Positions 57,885 through 64,000 of a stretch of 64,000 bases of DNA are shown here, in pieces. A program made the position numbers and the translations under genes. Positions within the stretch are counted from its first letter, which is position 1, and the number at the start of each line of letters is the position of its first letter. The stretch is from positions 1-64,000 of IMG/VR virus record IMGVR_UViG_3300031992_000042; one strand, 5' to 3'. The DNA comes from a virus. Lineage: Duplodnaviria > Caudoviricetes. The notes under the pieces were generated by a model. It was not told the DNA's origin. It saw only the letters and a program-made list of their open reading frames with translations, and made no database searches.

Positions 57885-59468
57885 TTACGTCTCGTCATCC
57901 ATAGATCCTTCTGGATTGCTCGGCTTGGGCTGTTTACCTCTTACTGCCGCTTCTGGATCGGATGTACGTTCGTCGTCTTCCTTTTTAGGGCGTCCGACTT
58001 TATTATTTGTACTGCTTGTTGAATTATCTACATAAGTTGTATTACCAAGCTCTCTCGGTAACATAACCTGATCTGTACCATCTTTCTTCTCGTTTTCACG
58101 ATTTTCTCTTTCGATTTCGAGAGAATATCCGTTAATATCAAGCATATGCTTCGTAGAAATAACACCCTTCTCCCAAAGCTCAATGGCCTTTTCACGAAGA
58201 GCTTTTTTACCTTCGATAGAAAGCGGCTGAAAATGAAATTCAGGTGTTTCTTTTAAGTTATATGTTCCCGGAATGCTTTCTGCTAAACGTTTATTGATTT
58301 GTGTCATCATGTCGCAGAACTCATCTCGAACAGCATTAATACGAGCTTCTGCTGTTTGAGTAGAAACCTGAGCAGAAGCGAACGTAGAACCGTCTTCAGA
58401 TATACCTGTAACTAATACACCGCTTATACCGCCTGCAGAAAGAATATCGTTGTTAACGTTTCTGTATTTATCCCATTGGAATAAATCGTCCATGTCGAAC
58501 TGGACAGTTTCTGCTGAGGCTAAATGATTTGTAACAGCTAGCGGCGTACCGCTCATTGCAGATAAGAATATCTTACGGACAGCAGCTAATTGCGGTTGAT
58601 CTGGAAGAACATCGTTTATCTTTGAGCTTTCGCCATATTTAACATGCACAAAACTACGTTTACCGATATTAAGCATCGCATCCTCGTAGCTTGAAATAAG
58701 CTCTTTTTTAGCAAGAGCCCTAAGTGCGGACGCAATAAAAGGAATAGCGTATCTTTGCCAGCTTTCTTTAGATCCTTGTAAAACAAATGTATTTGCCGGA
58801 TCAAGCTGCGCATATTGTTGATTACCCTTAACAGCTTTCTGAATTTCTTCTGGATAACCTTTTAAAATATAATCAACATTACTATCCTTAACATAGTTTT
58901 CTTTAACGCTATAACCTTTTTGTTGAATATCGTTAATAATACTTTGGCAGTCGAAATCAATAATAGGAGTTCCGTTAAACATTGTATTACCGATACGCCA
59001 CTTATTCGGAGGTAAAGTAATAAGATCTCCGTCTTTAAGATAACAACAAACGTTGTTATATTTCCAGATTTCAAGCATAATAGCGTCTATTTTTTCTCTT
59101 AAACGCATACGCTTATATTGTTCTTCGTACAGTTCGTAAGTCTTTTTCTTGGAACCTGTAAGATACCAATCTGAACAGGTAGAAAAGGGAACATATACAT
59201 GTTTAACGATACCATGAACAATTGGATCTGCGTCTGTATAATAATCAGCTAATTGGTAAAAGTTTTGTATGTTGTCCTGTTTATTACGAAGAATTGATAC
59301 ATAATCGTATTCCGACAATTCTCCGCTAAAAGTGAAGTTGGAGTTAGAAAAGCTTTGGATTGTTTCCTGATCCTGTTCTTTTCCTGCCCCAACCGCAGTT
59401 ATCTTCTTCTGGGGCGGAGTTGCCACAGTTGTTTCGTTTCGACCAAACAGTCGGTCTAATAAGCCCAT
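57885..59468 (-). CDS. portal protein
   Basis: 527 aa directly after the terminase; C-terminal GRP motif. Confidence 0.75.
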   Translation of the reverse strand: MGLLDRLFGRNETTVATPPQKKITAVGAGKEQDQETIQSFSNSNFTFSGELSEYDYVSILRNKQDNIQNFYQLADYYTDADPIVHGIVKHVYVPFSTCSDWYLTGSKKKTYELYEEQYKRMRLREKIDAIMLEIWKYNNVCCYLKDGDLITLPPNKWRIGNTMFNGTPIIDFDCQSIINDIQQKGYSVKENYVKDSNVDYILKGYPEEIQKAVKGNQQYAQLDPANTFVLQGSKESWQRYAIPFIASALRALAKKELISSYEDAMLNIGKRSFVHVKYGESSKINDVLPDQPQLAAVRKIFLSAMSGTPLAVTNHLASAETVQFDMDDLFQWDKYRNVNNDILSAGGISGVLVTGISEDGSTFASAQVSTQTAEARINAVRDEFCDMMTQINKRLAESIPGTYNLKETPEFHFQPLSIEGKKALREKAIELWEKGVISTKHMLDINGYSLEIERENRENEKKDGTDQVMLPRELGNTTYVDNSTSSTNNKVGRPKKEDDERTSDPEAAVRGKQPKPSNPEGSMDDET

Positions 59469-59487
59469 CGGGACTCAGCCCCTTTCG

Positions 59488-61182
59488 TTAAAAATGTCCA
59501 AACGTTTTTGCGATTCGTTTAGATTCAAAGTCGTCGAAACCTCCGGTAATGCCTACACATACAGGTCCCCGTTTATGAAGTTTTACGCTTTCTTTTTCAA
59601 GTTCAGATATATAGTCATTAGCCATAGCCAATGATGAATATCTGTCCTTATGCTGGTTTGCACGAGGAACGTCATATGTTTTATTACCAGAAGCTGAAGT
59701 TTTTTCTACAATATTTCCCATCTCAAACTGAAGAGCGTCTGCTTCTAAGAATACAGCCATTTCTTCAGTACTGAGTCTTTTGTTTGGATCATCAATTTCC
59801 TGTTGCTTTGCTCTCATTGTTCTTTCATTCATAGGAAGTTCAATTGTACGTTTTTCCAAAGCAACACGAAGGTTAGTATATATACGTTGATTTAACTGGT
59901 TTACAGCCCTAAATGGATGTAAAACCTGTTCAGCGTCAGGATTAGTCAATGATTGATCGTCCACCACCAAAGGAGGATATTCTTTTCCTGAAACAGGATC
60001 GATCCATTCTTTATCAAAGAAACGGTCAAAGCTGTCTCCTAATCCACGCGCATCGTATATTATTTTCTCTGTATTAGGAAAACGAAGGTGATAATACTTT
60101 CGTACTTCCTCGGCTAAGAAGTCTAACGGTTTACCGTTATAGCTTCTAATATGAACCAGTTTCTTTGCAAAAGAGCCATCGCTTCGTTCTGTAAATTTTT
60201 CAACAGAAAGAATACTGTTATCAGATCCTTTTGCTTGCGAAGTAGCTATATCCAGACATATCACATATCTGGATTTGGAATTCTTTGGCTGTTCCATTTC
60301 AACTTGTTCCAACGTCCTGCATGGACTTGTAAGGTCAAAAGGAAACGCCGAATTAGAATTTGCTCCAACAAACTTAGAACCATATTCCATTTGAAAAATT
60401 AAATCAGGCATACGTTCTTTTTCTTGCATAAAGAAATCAATATCAGTAATTCCGTTTGCGGCGGCAGAACGATAGTCTAAAGCACATGCAAAAACCGTAG
60501 GATCGCCTTTAGCCATTCTTCTAACGTCTTTTACAAATGCTTCATAATATTGATTTGATTTTTCACATGCAGAAGTAATGGTTATTGTTTTAGACTGAAA
60601 GTCTTTAAAACCATAAGAAAAGCATAATCCTCTTGTTGCGTTTCTTGTAGGATTAACGATTGCTTCCAGTTCGGTCTGGTCAACATCCAAAGCTTCGTCT
60701 ACTATAACAATCTTAAAACGGTGACCACGAGCGCTTGACAAAGAAACGCTTTCCAAGGTGCTTCCGTTCTTTAAAGTACATTTAGAACTATCCTTGGACA
60801 CTTGCACTAAAGACTTGGAGTTGGACGCTTGTATTTCGTTCGCAACGTGCGGATTTTGGTTTGCTATATCCTTTAGCTTTCCTAATGCTAATGTGGCTTG
60901 CATAGCGGTAGCTGAAATAATACCAACAGGAGTGCCAGGGTATAGAACCCCTAAACCAAACGCGGCAAAAGCTGCAATCCAAGTCTTACCATATCCACGG
61001 GAACAAGTATCCTTAGAGTCGACACAATTGCCTATTTGCCGAACCATGACATGTTGAGTTCTTGTAAGTTTCGTCGGAGGAAAAGCATCCTCCAAAAAAA
61101 CATCTAAGTGTTCACGATAAAACTGTACTTGTTCTTCAACTAAGTTCCAGTCTGTAATAACACCCATTCTTGGCATTGCCAT
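59488..61182 (-). CDS. terL: terminase large subunit
   Basis: Walker A SRGYGKT, Walker B IVIVDE, nuclease acidic motifs LDIA...D, DARG.G, KDRYS. Confidence 0.92.
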   Translation of the reverse strand: MAMPRMGVITDWNLVEEQVQFYREHLDVFLEDAFPPTKLTRTQHVMVRQIGNCVDSKDTCSRGYGKTWIAAFAAFGLGVLYPGTPVGIISATAMQATLALGKLKDIANQNPHVANEIQASNSKSLVQVSKDSSKCTLKNGSTLESVSLSSARGHRFKIVIVDEALDVDQTELEAIVNPTRNATRGLCFSYGFKDFQSKTITITSACEKSNQYYEAFVKDVRRMAKGDPTVFACALDYRSAAANGITDIDFFMQEKERMPDLIFQMEYGSKFVGANSNSAFPFDLTSPCRTLEQVEMEQPKNSKSRYVICLDIATSQAKGSDNSILSVEKFTERSDGSFAKKLVHIRSYNGKPLDFLAEEVRKYYHLRFPNTEKIIYDARGLGDSFDRFFDKEWIDPVSGKEYPPLVVDDQSLTNPDAEQVLHPFRAVNQLNQRIYTNLRVALEKRTIELPMNERTMRAKQQEIDDPNKRLSTEEMAVFLEADALQFEMGNIVEKTSASGNKTYDVPRANQHKDRYSSLAMANDYISELEKESVKLHKRGPVCVGITGGFDDFESKRIAKTFGHF

Positions 61183-61195
61183 AAAGATTCACTCC

Positions 61196-62119
61196 TTATA
61201 TCGTGTCAAGACCAAGAGACTCAACAATATATCTAAATTCTTCTATAGTTTTGTCAACATCGTCTTTTTCCCATTCTATTTTTCTTTGCATCGTATGACC
61301 TGTAGTTTCAAGCTGGAAACAAATTTCAGCCCATGAGCCCAAACCACCTTTATCTCCGGGCTTACGCTTGCACGCGGCAAAGTTACCAGTCTTCATTAAT
61401 AGGTCGTACTGCGCAATAGCGTCTTTAACATCCTGCAAATTGCATTTGCCGGACATATAATCGTTTTGCGCTTTATCTGCTAACAACGAAGCTTTAGCAA
61501 CTTTCTTAGCGTTATCTCTAAGAGAAGTATCCGAAAGATCGAAGTCTTGCTCTAAACCTTTGTAATAGTTTTTAAGATACTCTAGTTCCGCAGGTTTAAA
61601 TTCTCCGTTGAAGAACTCGTCGTAGATTTTTAAATTTTTATCCTTTGCTCTCTGCGGTTCTGATTCTACAATCTGTCCGTTTTCTTTTGCTTCGTCGTAG
61701 TCGTTTGTATTTGCATCCTTTTTATGTTCTTCGTATTTATAGTTCTGAGTTAACTTAAACAACGAAGGCATAATAGGGCAAGCTATCGATTCTAATAAAA
61801 CAGCACGGCGATCTTCGTTAGACTTCTGATAAACAGTTGATTTAGCAGCTTCTAATTCTGCCTGTTTAAGAGCGTTCTCCCAAACATTTTCTTTCCACAT
61901 TCGATTGTTTTCCCAGAAGTATCTACGCATTTCGTCTTTTGTTCTTATCTTAGCAAGACATTGTTTACACCATGCGTCCTTATTTCCGTTACTAACCCAG
62001 TCTCTGTTCGACAAAAAATTCGACAAAGGTTTTGTTTGCCCGCAGTGTATGCACATACGGGTTTGAGCAGGAGGGTTTGTTTTTTTTGGTTTCGATACGA
62101 TGTAAGGCATAACATTCAC
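61196..62119 (-). CDS. probable terminase small subunit with N-terminal Zn finger
   Basis: CIHC...CKQC; directly upstream of terL. Confidence 0.6.
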   Translation of the reverse strand: MNVMPYIVSKPKKTNPPAQTRMCIHCGQTKPLSNFLSNRDWVSNGNKDAWCKQCLAKIRTKDEMRRYFWENNRMWKENVWENALKQAELEAAKSTVYQKSNEDRRAVLLESIACPIMPSLFKLTQNYKYEEHKKDANTNDYDEAKENGQIVESEPQRAKDKNLKIYDEFFNGEFKPAELEYLKNYYKGLEQDFDLSDTSLRDNAKKVAKASLLADKAQNDYMSGKCNLQDVKDAIAQYDLLMKTGNFAACKRKPGDKGGLGSWAEICFQLETTGHTMQRKIEWEKDDVDKTIEEFRYIVESLGLDTI

Positions 62120-62496
62120 TCTGTATCGTCTTGAATTAAGTTTTCAATTTCCTGCTCGTTAATTTGAAAACTTACGGTTTTCTTTTCAGCTTCTGTTAAA
62201 TCAGATTCTTTAACTTCGATACAGCCTGTTTCTAAAGGAGTTAACTCTTTAGTTGTCTTATCGATCTTTTTCATTGTTTGTTCATGCCTGACTTGATTAT
62301 AAAATTCTGCTAAAGCTAAAAAGAGCTCCGGTGTCTTAGTATATTTATATCTGATAATCGGATACTTAAAATGTTTTTTAGCATAGGTATAGTTAATACC
62401 TTTATCTTCTAAAAACTGGACTTCACGTTTCCATTGTGTGGAATACTCTTTATCGAACACTTGCTTGGGAACATCTAATTTAACTTCGTTGTCCAT
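62116..62496 (-). CDS. hypothetical protein, first gene of the late operon
   Basis: AAGGAG RBS before MDNEV. Confidence 0.6.
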   Translation of the reverse strand: MDNEVKLDVPKQVFDKEYSTQWKREVQFLEDKGINYTYAKKHFKYPIIRYKYTKTPELFLALAEFYNQVRHEQTMKKIDKTTKELTPLETGCIEVKESDLTEAEKKTVSFQINEQEIENLIQDDTE

Positions 62497-62526
62497 AAAA
62501 ATAATCTCCTTTAAGTTAATCAAAAT

Positions 62527-62551
62527 AGGGAAGGAGTATATACTTCTCCCT
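62527..62551 (-). terminator. hairpin upstream of the first late gene, possible attenuator
   Basis: agggagaag-tatata-ctccttccct then atttt. Confidence 0.45.
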
Positions 62552-62894
62552 TATACCTAACTTAGAAAGACACGGTATCAAAATATACAAAAATGTATAT
62601 TTTTCCCTTTTTAGATTTTTGTTTTATATAAGTTTCTTTAAGAGACACGGAAAGAGTTTTAAGAAATATGTTTGAAACTCTGTTTTTTTGTAGGTCTTAA
62701 AACGTAGATGTTGGATTTTGAAAACTGGTTTGGTGGAGAACTTATATATATGAATTCGAAAAGCTGAAAGTTTTTCAGCGTAAATTCGGTAGCAGCACCC
62801 TTGGCTATCGGGTACAACAGGCGAATGAGGGTTGCCTAGCCAGCCGTCTAATCCGCGATAAGGATAAAAAAACAATTTGTTGGAGGTGCCCCGT

Positions 62895-63293
62895 ATGAAG
62901 AAAGTTTATATCGTGAAGTCCCAGCTGCCCGTTGTTGCGTCTGATGCTCGTTATACAGTTACTTTTGCTGTTGAGCATCTTCGCGGTAAGACTTGGGAGT
63001 TTGACGTAATGTCAGACGACAACAGCTACCGCGACGTAAAGAGCGACAAGGTTAAGGTTATTATGAAGCCTGACCTTGCGTCTATGGCGTTCCCGGAGGA
63101 CGCCAATCGTCGTCTTGACTACGTTATGAGCATTGAAGATGCTCGTAACTTCTGGAAGTTCATGCACAAGTCAGTTCACTTCTGGTTCGCTCTGGATATG
63201 GCGAATCAGGCTGAACTGCACGGCTTTGACGCCGATCTCGTCAAGTGCATGGAGAACTGCAATGGTTGCGTTGCAGACGTTGAACCCGTGTAA
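62895..63293 (+). CDS. hypothetical protein, divergent (probably early) region
   Basis: GGAGGTG RBS; higher GC, strongly biased codons. Confidence 0.7.
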   Translation: MKKVYIVKSQLPVVASDARYTVTFAVEHLRGKTWEFDVMSDDNSYRDVKSDKVKVIMKPDLASMAFPEDANRRLDYVMSIEDARNFWKFMHKSVHFWFALDMANQAELHGFDADLVKCMENCNGCVADVEPV

Positions 63294-63396
63294 TGCCGAA
63301 AAGCTCTGCTCCGAAAGGAGCATCTTCTACGTGGTGGTGGCTCCCCACGTACTGATGATGGCAAGCCGTCACGGAATTCGCTTAGGAGGTGTTGGC

Positions 63397-63612
63397 ATGG
63401 TTGATACCTATATCGACATTGTCAACGGCAAACGTGTCGAGAAGGAAATTGAAACTTTCGACGATGCGATGCTTGCGTGGGAAACCGGACAATTGTCCGG
63501 TTTCGAAGTTCCTGACTATATAAACAGTCGAAACGACGCAAAAATTGCATACGAAGCTGGGCTTCTTAACGAAGCAGGTTTCAGGTTCTTCGATACGATG
63601 CAATACGATTAA
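63397..63612 (+). CDS. 71-aa acidic hypothetical protein
   Basis: AGGAGGTG RBS before MVDTY. Confidence 0.65.
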   Translation: MVDTYIDIVNGKRVEKEIETFDDAMLAWETGQLSGFEVPDYINSRNDAKIAYEAGLLNEAGFRFFDTMQYD

Positions 63613-63775
63613 ACCTTGATAGACGAGAGTTCTGTTAGGACTCTCGTAATCAGGGCTTGGTCTCTGTCGCTTAGTTGCAGATTAGCGTAACTGTAACAGC
63701 TTAACCCAGCTAAAGGGAATAATAAAAGAGCTACAGCGGCAACTGTAGCTCAAGATCTGAAAGGAGTTGTCCACC

Positions 63776-64000
63776 ATGTCAAAGTTTCTCACTATTCTCA
63801 GATCCGTAGTTAATAATACTGCGGAGAACAGCGTTAAGTCAAGTCTGAAAAAGCTTGGCTTCAATGTCACAAACAAAGATGCCATTCGACACGAAATCAA
63901 GCGTCTTGATGCCGAAGCTATCGATCTTATTGGTGATAACGATGCGTACTATGCCAACCATAAAGCCTGTTGGAATCTTACCAGCCTTTTGCTTGGGGAG
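63776..64000 (+). CDS. hypothetical protein, runs off the window
   Basis: AAGGAG RBS; MSKFLTILRS... open to the end. Confidence 0.6.
   Translation, partial: MSKFLTILRSVVNNTAENSVKSSLKKLGFNVTNKDAIRHEIKRLDAEAIDLIGDNDAYYANHKACWNLTSLLLGE

Noticed and set aside
59488-61182. Intein or intron in the terminase
   Set aside because: Normal length and continuous motifs; no intein splice-junction pattern seen
63352-63380. Hammerhead ribozyme (CTGATGA present)
   Set aside because: The required GAAA after stem II and a convincing stem I/III arrangement were not found
63133-63396. Long N-terminal extension of the 159-aa ORF
   Set aside because: Overlaps the upstream gene and a structured intergenic region; the strong RBS sits before ATG 63397
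1-64000. Stop-codon reassignment
   Set aside because: Long genes are intact and densely packed under the standard bacterial code

Overview
This window is a 64-kb, AT-rich piece of a large temperate siphovirus, probably infecting Clostridia/Bacillota, with an SPbeta-like gene order. 1-8.5 kb: a + strand array of small accessory genes, an HNH-AP2 endonuclease, a probable attP built on the 5' half of a tRNA-Ser(CGA), and a - strand tyrosine integrase. 8.5-62.5 kb: one - strand late module running terminase S/L, portal, protease/scaffold, decoration, major capsid, head-tail genes, major tail protein (split by a 385-nt group I intron), tail chaperones with a -1 frameshift, a 4682-aa tape measure, Dit, Tal/spike, many fibre/adhesin genes (beta-propeller, BspA-type LRR), an NlpC/P60-SH3b endolysin and holins. 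After 62.8 kb a divergent, more GC-rich + strand region begins. Main finding: the N-terminal ~1300 aa of the tape measure protein carry the ordered motifs of single-subunit two-barrel RNA polymerases (DG, QxRxxxxxKG, RSP, DxDxD), which suggests a tape-measure-fused, virion-delivered RNA polymerase. All calls come from reading motifs by eye; no database searches were run.
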